DNA from: Marsupella aquatica
Taxonomy: Eukaryota; Plantae; Marchantiophyta
Assembly (NCBI GenBank): GCA_973895155.1
Contig: OZ316897.1
Location: forward strand, 11,617,832-11,681,831
Direction: 5' to 3'
Length of the DNA stretch: 64,000 nucleotides
Part shown: positions 52,702 to 63,664 of the stretch, piece by piece
How the letters are laid out: every line of letters begins with the position of its first letter
How positions within the stretch are numbered: position 1 is the stretch's first letter
The notes under the pieces: generated by a model
Databases searched by the model: none
What the model was told of the DNA's origin: nothing
What the model saw: only the letters and a program-made list of their open reading frames with translations
Program-made: the position numbers and the translations under genes

Positions 52702-55553
52702 CTATCCATAATATTTTGTTCTTTGACAACTATCCATAATATTTTGTTCTTTTGAAAGAATGTCAAACAACGTCCAAGTTGCTGGAAGCCAAGGTTGTTT
52801 GACATGTGCTTTATATTGATACACTGACACATTATCCCTCATGGAGAATAGAAATGCCACTGGTTTTGAGTGACCTTCAATCTCTTTCACTTGGAAAGCC
52901 TTCAAATAGTGCTTGTAAGATGCAACCTCCTGAATCAATCGTGGTACGGGATGGATGCTTTCACACTCCCAAACCTCAGCCATCAACGCAAGGAGGGTAG
53001 CAACCTCTTTGTACCTGACCTGTTTGGATACTTGAGAAAATAGTGCATCCACATCCTCATGGGTGTGGCCAACCATGAGGAATGACATTTGCACAGTTTC
53101 AAACACCCCCTGCTAACAAGCTCGCTGCAAAATGCCATCACATATTGATTTTTATTATCTTTTCCTGAATTGTCCATCTGGAGTGTTAGGTGCCTTGGTA
53201 AGGGCTTGAAAGAGCTCGTAGTCTCAGGATCAACTCTAGAACCAGCATCTGTTGTGCTGGTTTTTTGGCTCTCCTGACCATCATCAAGGCCTTGAAACTT
53301 GAGAATTGAAACATTTTTGGGTTCCAAGTAACCCGCTTGAAATGCTTCAAAGTCCAAAAGAGACTGAAATATTGGCCTAGTTGCGTTCCAATTGAAAGCT
53401 TCAAGCATGTCTCCCGTTTTGTCTCCAGTGTAATCCTCCAAATCTCGAAGGTATTTGGCCAAAGATGTCACAGTGAAGTCTGCATCTCCAGGCCAAAGGC
53501 CAGTCAAACTAAAGTGTGCATACACTCTTGGATCCCTTCCATGGGTTAACATCCCAGTAAGGGCAATGGGCAGAGGTTGACCACTACCAGAGAGAGATTT
53601 TGGAGTGGGGACCAATTTGGGGATCCAAGTCTTGGCTTGGTCCATCTTATCATGAATAATGCAAAGATAGTTTTGAGGATCCTTCTTTGCAAGAACCCTA
53701 TGAGCATAGTAAACATATCTCCTTGACATTTGTTCACGAAGATGTCGTGCTCTTTTCTCTTCAATCTCTGCACCCTCGTTTTTTCTCTTCTCCCGCATCA
53801 ATTGATCTTTGAACTCAGTGCAAAATGTGCACTTGGCAAATGCACTGCCCTTGTGAAAGTCAAAATTATCAAAAGAATTTTTCCAGATGTTGTACATGAT
53901 AACTTCAGTAACCTTAGCATAGCCGTCCAATTCCATCTTTGCAAATACCTCTTGAAAAATCTCCTTCTTAGTGAAACATGATGGGAGTCGATATTCGACA
54001 GTATCAGTGCCGTTGGACCCACCATAGGGAAGATGTGGCATTGGTTCTCCATTTTGGATTAAAATGGACTCCAACAATGCACGAGCATGCAAGGTGCTTG
54101 ATCGTGTCTTATGTTGCCCTTGATTTCCATGGAAACCAATTGTGCACCCAGCTTTGTACTGATTTTTGTAATCATAATAATTTGCCGTACTAAACCCATG
54201 CATTTTTATGAACGCATCCTTACAAACCACACGTCCCTTTAGAACAAAAAATCCTTTTCTCTTGACTTGGTCTTCTCTACACCCAAAAAGATTGAAGATA
54301 TGACTTGTTTTGTTGTCACTTGACATTCCATGGAATTCCCTCCTCATTGCCTCCAAGTCCTCTCTTGGCATGTTCAAGCAACACTTTAACCTGCAACAAC
54401 CTTCTCTTTGGATGGAATCAATGGACTCCTCGGTGATTTTCAAAAGCGCCCTTGATTGCAAATGTTTTTTTTTCTCCTCCAGATCCACTTTGGTCCTTCT
54501 AATGAAATTATAAGGTCTTTTTGGAGGTTTCCCATCACCATCCAAATCCGGGTCGCTCTCATTTCGACCCGATTCTATCCACACATGTGAACCTTTCTCA
54601 AGGATATCCCCGAGAAACATTTGAGATGAAATCAACAACAAAGATTTGATTTCCCACCTCACCAAACCTGGAGTACCAGCACGGATATTTGGAAATAATG
54701 CGGGATCGTTGATATTCACAACAGCTACACCCACATGCTCTGGACCAAGAAGTTCATCATCAACAGCACCTGCTTCAAAAGGAACTGTGATAACCCCTGT
54801 CGCAACCTTACGACAACGAGAAACATCATACAAGTCAACTTCCTCTGCCATCCAGTTGGAACGCATTGTAAAATCTTTTAATGGAAGATCCTTAAACAGG
54901 TTTGCACCCGGGTTTGCACCAACAAACATGCTAGAACCTCGAATAGAGCCTTTTCTTGAAACATCAGCAACATCCCACATTACCCAAGTCTGCATTGCCT
55001 CTTGCACTGTGTCAGCTCCAGGATGCGGATACGGTAATTTTCTATTTCCCTGAACAACCTCTGATATTTGTATACTAACACGACCAACACCTAGTCGTTC
55101 ACTATGACAAGTGTCCATCGGATTGGTATTGAAGACAACTCCTTTTGATACAAGTTCATCTAAAATGAACATCTCAACCTCCTCTCCTTCAGCAAGGTTG
55201 CCTCCTTTACCACCAACGTCCATTTCGGAACATCCTTCATCCCCGTCCACTGGAGTAGGAATACCATCCACAACGGTTCTTTTCGGCAATGTTGAAGACC
55301 TCAAATATGCCAAGGAAGAATCCCAGATCACACACGAGTCAACTGCATCACCTAGGCTCGATGATGTTTTGGATGGAAATGGTAGTGGACAAGATGTTTC
55401 AAGACACCTCTCGATAAGGACCCCAATTCAATTTTTCCCAAGACAAATATTGTGCATAGTGTCTTTGGGATCAACCTTTTGGATGGTCCCAATTGCCACT
55501 TCAAAACCATCAATTATCAATGAAACTTCATCCCCTCGCATAAATTTACTCAT
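52702..55553 (-). pseudogene. Sola1/DUF7869-type DDE transposase with three N-terminal Tnp1/DUF8039-like repeats; one premature stop and one frameshift
   Basis: ATG 55553; TGA at 55428-55430; KCTFC..H; IIHDKMDQ; LQMDNSGKDNKN; frameshift in the C5 run 53106-53110; then FLMVGHTHEDVDALFS. The C-terminus is disturbed by a ~29-bp duplication at 52702-52754. Confidence 0.85.
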
Positions 55554-55726
55554 GGTAGCGAAAGGATCTCTGCATCCAGAAACATTTAAAAATTGTTCAG
55601 CTGATGTGCATACTGATAAGCACTACTCTAGATATTACAATTTTAGATCTAAACATTTGAATTCTATTTAAAGGAAAAAAATATTTGTGAGTTTATGTGT
55701 ATTGGCTTTACACAACAGGATTCTAA

Positions 55727-56110
55727 GGTCAGGGACGCTCTTGGGGCGAGGCGATGGAGGGTCGCTCTAGGGGCGAGGCGATGGAGGGTCGCTCTAGGGG
55801 TGAGGCGATGGAGGGTCGCTCTAGAGGCGAGGCGATGGAGGGACGCTCCAGGAGGCGAGGTGAATGAGGGTCGCTCTAGGGGCGAAGCGATGGAGAGACG
55901 CTCTAGGGGCAAGGTGAATGAGGGTCGCTCTAGGGGCGAGGCGATGGAGGGTCGCTCTAGGGGCGAGGCGGTTGAGGGACGCTCTGATGGCGAGGCAATG
56001 GAGAGCGGATGCCCTTGGAGAAAAGAAAGGGCAGGATGCTCCTGATGAAAGGTAAGTGTATGACGTTCGTGGAGCGAGGCAAGGGCATGACGCTCTTGGA
56101 GCGAGGCAAG
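55727..56110. repeat. 27-bp tandem array (GCGATGGAGGGTCGCTCTAGGGGCGAG, ~10 copies plus degenerate ones) upstream of the transposase
   Basis: Units start at 55751, 55778, 55805, 55832 and onward; each contains the TCGCTC-NNN-GRGCGA quasi-palindrome. Confidence 0.92.
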
Positions 56111-57163
56111 GGGAGAGCAAGAAAAGTCGAGCACAATCCTGGAGAAGCAAGAATTGTGAAGGAAAAGAGAAAATATGGAAATGAATAAATCAGGGGAATG
56201 ATTAAGCTGAATTAGACCATTGAAGTGTGTAGACGTGTGGGTAGACGAGTGTGTCGTTAGGAACCCTACATTATCTAGGGCTTAGTTAGGTCCATATATT
56301 AAGATAAAGCTAGGGCCAAATATTTGGTGTATATCATAGAGAAGAAATTAAGAGAATGGTAGATGAAGTAATACCTCTCTTAAGGACTATAGAAGACGTG
56401 TCGCCAACCAAGGACACCAAAACTAATGCAATGTACTTGAAACAGGACTTTCCTTGCACGAACTCTTGTAACCATAAATGTCCAAGTCAGTCGAATCAGT
56501 CACCGAACAGAAGCAAGATAGACAAGGGCCGAAGGGCGAGACCGAGAGTGAGCAATGACCAGAAACGCACGCGCCATACAAAAGAGAGAAATGATTGGAA
56601 CTGTAGAGCTTTATACCATTTGTGAGCAAGCTTTAGCCAAGTTTGTCCTGAAGGGGTTCACAACATCGAGAGGCTGAAAGTCTGATTACTCTGATCGGCA
56701 TTCTGTGGACACCCGTACGACCGTGCATCATTTTTCAAAATCTATGGATACCCGTACAGCTAGGTCATTATGAGGGTTGCAAGTTCACAGGCGCGTGGAA
56801 GGGAGAAAGTGGCTGGGTTGCGTAAGGTTGCGTACGATCGGCCGTGGCTGGGGTCGCAGGTAGGATCGGCCGTGGCAGTGAGGGTATAGGAAGGCAAAAG
56901 GCAAAGACATTACCTCATTTGCCTCATTGTCTTCTTGCATCCATCTCCTCCTTCATTGTCTTCTTGCCCGGCTGCCCTGGTTTCCCTCCTCCCTCTTGCC
57001 TCGCTCATTGTAGATTTTCTTGCCTTGCTCTGTTGATTTTGCCTTGCTCATAGTAGATTTTTTTCCTTGCTCTGTAGCCTCGCTCCGTGGTGTGGTCTAG
57101 CTATAGGCGTTCTTGTATACTAGGCTGCCACATGTCATCTAAACGTTTGTGAGGCATTTTTCA

Positions 57164-60100
57164 ATGGCCACTTCCTCTAGTTCTGATGATTCTACTAGCA
57201 CTTCTAGTTCTGGGCAGTCCCTGAACTTTGATTCTAGTAAAATCTTTGAGTATGATTCTCAAGACACTTTACTAAAGATGTCGGTGGAATCTGCTTTGGC
57301 CGCCTCAAAGGGATTTCATATCACAGTTCCACGTAAGTATGATTCAACAATTAATGCAAGTTAGTCTTTGAAGGGTCGCTCTTAGAGCGACCCTATCTTG
57401 CCTAAGATTTGTCGTTGTTATTGGTTGGACGTTGATTTAAGTTTTCCTAGGGTCGCTCCAGGAGCGACCCAACTTTGTTGTTGGTTGGACCTTGATTTAA
57501 GTTTTCCTAGGGTTGCTCCAGGAGCGACCCAACTTTGTTGTTGGTTGGACCTTGATTTAAGTTTTCCTAGGAGCGACCCAAATTTGTTGTTGGTTGGACC
57601 TTGATTTAAGTTTTCCTAGGGTCTCTCCAGGAGCGACCCAACTTTGTTGTTGGTTGGACCTTGATTTAAGTTTTCCTAGGGTCGCTCCAGGAGCGACCCA
57701 ACCCACATGTTTGTTGATGCAGACCTTGTCTCCAGCTCGCTCTAGGGGCGAGGCAACACAAAAGATCTCTTGCTTTAATGTTTGTCGTTTCAATTTGTTT
57801 TTCCAGGAGAACAACTTGGATCCCCAGAGTTAAATATTATGGCCGAGGATGTCAAGGACTTTATTTTCCCTGGACAAGATAAGGCTGGATTTTCGTGGGC
57901 ACTTGAAGTAGGGATCATGGAGAATGACTTGTCGATGATTTGTATCAAGGCAATCACTGCTGAGACAATGAACGACAAGAAGATAGTTGCGTTGGGCCCT
58001 ATGGTCCTTGTAAATTGCAGTGATAACCGCAATGTTACAATCATTATTGAATCCAGATAAAGATCTCAGTGGATGAGACTTTACTTGCCAATCAAGATGT
58101 ACTCGTCAATTATCAACGTGGAGTGGATAGCACGCTCGGAGGCTAGTATTTGTTCAATGGGATTTCTTCCAGATGGGTTCACTGCAGAGGATGTTCTTGA
58201 GAGGCATGGAAGATTCAAATTGAGTGGGGTTGATGTTGTCTTTGGATTCCTCTCTGTGAAGCGGTACATGCATGATCATCCGGACCTTATAGATCTTCTT
58301 AACACATGGGTTGTCCAGAGGATGATTGAAATAGCACGCTTTTCATATGAGCAAGCAATTGATAAGAGTTTTATTTTCTCTGATGAGTTTGACGAAGATG
58401 CTTGCATGAAGTGGATTTCAACTCAAAAGAAGAAGGAAGGAAAGCATCGAGGTAAGGGGAAGATGAAGATGAAGGCCAAAGAAATGACGCCGGCTGAAAC
58501 ACAGAAGAAGAGAAAACAAAGAGAGCCAAGGAGTGAAGGAAGTACTAGAGGAAAAAAGGCGGCGTTGAAGAAGAAAGATAAGGACTCCGACAAGAAGCCC
58601 AAGAAGAAGGCCAAGATTGGAAAATCAAAGCCTGTGTCAGCGTCAAAAGCAAGGTTGGTCTTGGATCCGGAGGATGATACATGCCCAACAGATGCACCAG
58701 AGGAACGAGATGTATTGGAGGGGCATAAAGCTTTGCGGAATATCGAGCAATACTACACTTTTGGAATCAGGGAGGTTTTTGAAATCCCGGTTAAAAGTAT
58801 TCTTCCGCCTACTGCAGTTTTTGTGTATCGGATGTTCAACCAGGCTCATGCCTTAGAGATAGCAAAATCAATGATGAAAAACCCTGGCCAGGAACCACAT
58901 GTTGCAGATTTGATTCCATTTCTAGAGCGCACTAAGCAGTTGTTACATTTTGACAATACCGCACGCGATCGGAAGCAATTTTTGTTTGGTGTTAAGAAGC
59001 AAGAGATACAATTTCTTGCAATCAGTGGGCAACATTCCGCAAAGGCTGCACAATGGATTCAAGGGTGGGCAGACAAGGATGCCAAGCTAACTGATCTTGC
59101 TAGCAAACTCCAATATCGGAAAGCGAGGATCTTATCAGACCTCACTCCAAGGGCAATTTTGGTCGAGCACTCGAGCCTTTCAAATGCCGTAAATCAGACC
59201 ATGCAGTTTAAGTCTTGTTTTCTAGAGACAGTTGTTCATGCGAGAAGGCAATTTGATGAATGTGGGAAACCACCGCGTCCAGGAATTGGAACAAACCAAA
59301 GTACAGACAACCAGAAATACCAGGTAAACATTTTCATTAGTTGGAACTGTAGTTTAATTTTGCCTCGCTCTTGGAGCGACCCAAACGAAATTGAACGATG
59401 AATACAATGATTGCCCCAACCATTTTCATATGGCTTTGTCATTTTCTTTGCCTCGCTCTAGGGGCGAGGCAGAGAAGTTGAAGTTTCTAAGTTTAAACAT
59501 CTAACATGTTTTTTGGTGGATGAATGTAAATGCAGGATTGGTTTGCCCTCGCAAAGATAACAATGGGAAAGTCGAGCTTGAAAGCCATTTTTTGGTTGCT
59601 CTTTGCTGAGGATAAGCTTTTCCATTTATGGCAAACTGTTTGTTGGGATTGGTTGGCAGGGAAGCTCCCTGGCGGGGCAGGAGAGTATGGTGGGCCGCGG
59701 CCACTAAAGTTGGTCACGCCAACTCTTTTTAGATGTTTTGAAGGGGAGATCAGTTCTAAGGATATCATTGATATATTGACCGCGGTTTATGAGAAGAAAG
59801 CACTTCTCAAGAAAGATGCCTCCAACAAGATGGATCTGGTGTCAATGCCAGATATGGCTCATACCATCAAGGTAATGACTAAATTGAAGCAAGTCATTGT
59901 TGAGTACTTTGTTGAGAAGCACAAGGAGAAGTTTCCCGGGGGACATCGTGGGCTTCGGTGGTCAACATCATGCCGGCCTTGGGATCTCAACTTGAGTTGA
60001 CAAAATTGCGAAGAGCAGCCGGGGAGGTCTACCTTAGCAGTTTATTAAGGAAGAACATTGTGAAGGAGGCTTTCCCTCAAAGTCTAATGGTGAGATTAGA

Positions 60101-63100
60101 CGGGTTGTACTGCAAACAATTTGGTGGAGTTGGGCGCACACGAACAGAGCCTTTCTTGACGTTCTTCAGTGAGAATCTAATGAAGACAACCACGCCAGAG
60201 TTATTGGAAGAGGCGACGCCAATGTGTCCACTTGCAATTGTTGATTTTAGTAGGGCACGACAACATGAATGGACAGATTCGGAAATTTTTGTATTGCTCC
60301 AATATATTGTGGAGTTGCCAAGGAATACAACCATTGTTGTTGTCATGACTACTCATCCAGGGCCACTTCCAGCCAACATCTTAAGTGCCCTAAGGAAATT
60401 AGGACATGAAAAGCATTTGGCCATCCATGTTGAATACGGGAGTTATGATCGGGAAGATCGCCCAAATCCGCAGGGCTTAATTTTTACAGGAGCTATTGAG
60501 CAGGTCATTTTTGCTGGAATTACAAGTGAAGACAATTTTGATTGGAATCAATTGTTTAAGCCAGAGTTCAATTCAAAATTTAGTTTTCACCCCGATGTTG
60601 ACTGTGATTTCAATATTGAAGTGAAGGCTGACAAGCAAGAGAAAAGCAAGGGAAAAGAGAATGAGACAGAGGAGCAGTCTCCCGCATTTGATATGGCAGA
60701 TTTATTGCGGCAAGCTCCAATGTTTGAGATGGTCGGAAGTCGAGGAGGATTTGTCAATCCGCATGCCAAGCCCCGACACATGCTCAAAAATATTATTGAA
60801 TGTTTTTCCGATGAGGGGGAGACTGTCCTCGATTTTTTTTCAGGAGGGCAGGTTTTGAAGGTGGCCTTGTTGGCATACCGAGATTGTTTTGTCTATTCAG
60901 ACACTTTGCAAGAACACCATTTCACCCAAGCATATGCAAGGGTTTTGTGCAACAGGATTCCCTCCCTTATGAAAGAGCGGATGGGAGTACATGGTCCTAG
61001 TAGAGCTCATCTAAGTGTTCTTTGCGGGCCTATGGACAACCCCCAACCGGGCCCTCAGCGAGTTGACCTTGAGGATGGTGAGTTGCAGCATGATGATGGA
61101 GGTTCAAGTCCTATGGTAGAGGAGGATTTTGGCGGAAATTGGGATGCTCGAGCAACAGAAATGGTTGGCATTACTACCTACGGTGTTGAAGGGCTACCTC
61201 AACTCGACATAGTGATGTCGGGTCGCCCTGAGAGCGACCCTCCATCAAATCCTCTCAACCCTGAAGTATCAAAATTGCATCCCGAGAGACCGCAGGTATC
61301 GTGCACATTGGATGCAGGTTGGCAGAATATTGGGGCCACTACACCCACCACGGACCTACAAGTTGGTATTGCAGAAGCGATTGAAGACAACCTTCCACTT
61401 GGAGAGACAACAAATGTTGAAGCTGAAGAGGCAGGTGCTTCAACTTGTTCCGAGTCTCCTCAATTTTGTTCGTCAGGGAATAAATTGGTCTTCACAAGGA
61501 TGTCAAGCGGAAGCCCCATAATATTACGCTTGTCTCAAAAGTCTGGATCTGAGATAGGTAGAACAGGATATATGAAGACAGTCCGTCATGCAACTCATTT
61601 CATTTGGAGAAATGGACCTAAAGTTGGATTGAAAGAAACGTTGGAGGATGCGCCTAAGTTAATGGTCAAACCTGATTACATAATAGACAAATTGAGATTG
61701 AGTCCAGTGTTTGCGCCGCCAACGTTGGTGGAGCAGCTTCCTGTTGGCGTCAATTCTGATATCCAAAGTGATCTAGGTGATAAAATGATAGATGAATATG
61801 GGTCATTTAGTAGTGGAGGTTAATATTATGGTTTCGTTCTTCTATTTTTCACAATAATCTAAAATATTATGTTTGGAAATCATATATGGACAGACCAAAG
61901 TTTTATCATAGCATCTCTTCCATCGAAGGATATTATTGGTCTACCTTCAACAAGCGGTACCCTGGTCCAAGACAAAGCATTTGAGCAAGGTACTTCTACA
62001 TTGATATATCAAAATGCTTTGACATTCAAAAATGATATGTTTGTTTTCCCCATTAGGTCGGGTCGATCCAGGTTTGACCCTAAGTTCTTCTTTTATATCT
62101 TTTAGATATAATTTTGATTCATTTGGATCTTTGTAGATTTCACTCCTAAATTGCACTCTGATATAAGAAGAAAACTCTTGATTTTGGACCTGAACAAAAT
62201 TTGTTGGGATTGCGTCAAAACAAAAAGCTCGGGACCGTTAAGATCTACAACAACTGTGCGGGGTGTGCATTGGGGGAGACGGGGTGGATTCAATTTCATG
62301 TACGTGGAAAGGCCAGGGTTGCACCAATTTTTGGAGGTGGCTTTCAAAGGTTTTGATGTCACATTGTGGACTTGTGCGGGGAGGCCAAGAACTAATGAAA
62401 TGATGAATTTGATTTTCAAAGAAGAGGAATGGAGGCAATTTAAATTTGTTTTCACACAAGAAGATGCTTTTGATACTGGCATAAAAAGACCGGACGTAGC
62501 AGATGGGAAAGCAAATATTATGTTGAAGGATTTGCGTGTGGTGTGGAGTCGTTTTGGAGACAAGTATGATGATACAAACACTCTACTTATTGATGACTCT
62601 CCAGTGAAGGCTTTTGCAAATCCACAGTATAGTGGTTTGTTCCCAACTCCCTTCTCACACATTGCCGAGAGTGACACTTTTCTACCAGAGATACTTTGGC
62701 CAGTCCTTAGAAAATTGTGGAAGGCTTATGACATCCGACAATATATATCTGTCAACAATCCACTTTGGTCATTTGTTAATATAAATGATGACCGTGAAAG
62801 TAATGCTGCAATCTATGATTTACTTTCCCATAAGTGGGGAAGTAAGATTTGGCGTTCCAAGATTGAGTATACCATCTTGGATGTCACTGGAGATGAGATA
62901 TGTTGGGAAGTGAGGGATATGGTACAATCCTACCCTACATTTGAGAACCTGACCGAAGATGATATGAAAGATGTGGTCAACAACTGTTTGGGCGAGTCTT
63001 ATGCAGGTCCCTTCAGAGAAAATCCTCGCCGATTTGTCTGGGAAGTTCTAAAGACTAGGGATCTCACCTCTAAGTTTAAAAACCGTTATCCCAAAGACAC

Positions 63101-63209
63101 TTGCACTCGTGACAGACTATATGACCCAAATGGAGAGCGACTCACTTGTTCAAATCAGTCATGTAGACATATTCATGGAGGCATAGAATTTGAAATTTTA
63201 GATGATTAA
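57164..63209 (+). pseudogene. Transposon cargo gene: Lys-rich region + ParB/Srx-like domain + beta-class amino-DNA-methyltransferase-like domain + FCP1/NIF HAD phosphatase (5 exons, ~1,710 codons; one stop, one frameshift)
   Basis: Phase-compatible GT-AG model 57164-57332, 57807-59323, 59536-61818, 61894-61989, 62137-63209. In-frame TAA at 58058-58060; frameshift at the G5 run 59938-59942. Motifs FLAISGQHSAKAA; NPHAKP..LKNIIECFSDEGETVLDFFSGG; KLLILDLN, ERPGLHQFL, LLIDDSPVKAFANP. Confidence 0.72.
57373..57755. repeat. 60-bp-period intronic array of the 21-bp palindrome GGGTCGCTCCAGGAGCGACCC
   Basis: Palindromes at 57373, 57450, 57510, 57570 (half), 57619 and 57679, plus a variant at 57737. 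All lie within predicted intron 1. Confidence 0.93.
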
Positions 63210-63664
63210 TCATTATGTTTCTGTACATTGTAGGACACAAGATTGGAGTCATGCAATCATTTTTCTATTTCACAGGTCATAGAACTACTTTGGACTTTAC
63301 ACTAGCTTGACCATTGGAGTAGGATCGACATTATGGCTAGCCAACCTTGAATATATGTTATGATAAATGAGATGATTAATCTCACTTTGAATTTAATCAT
63401 GAGTTTTTGACCAAATGATACATGTTTGTCACTTATCTATTTAATTTCAAATACAATTAATATTAATATTTTCTGTATTATGATTAATTGATTAAAATCA
63501 AATTTGGAGTGCAAAAGTGTAATTTTAAACCAAAAAGAGTGTATATTTAGTCTTGAAAAATTATTTATTTGGAGCAAAATTAATGGACTTTTTAGAGACA
63601 AGAATGTAAATTTGAGGATCACAATCTGGACTTTTAAATTTCCAGTTTTAATGAATACTGTGAT

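Larger units (their letters stand above)
52050..63664. mobile_element. Complete 11.6-kb TIR DNA transposon (Sola1/DUF7869-like) with large cargo gene
   Basis: TIRs ATCACTATATTCATTAAAAGTGGAA / rc ATCACAGTATTCATTAAAACTGGAA (22/25). ATTT duplicated at 52046-52049 and 63665-63668. Removing the element restores the gypsy gag frame RRPN-ALCMWCD. Confidence 0.93.

Noticed and set aside
55664-56150. ORFs of 109-156 aa with repeated peptides (ASPLERPS, RRWRVALG)
   Set aside because: They are translations of the 27-bp tandem array in several frames on both strands.
57373-57755. CRISPR-like look (regularly spaced palindromic repeats)
   Set aside because: The sequences between palindromes are near-identical rather than unique spacers, there are no cas genes, and the context is a eukaryotic intron.
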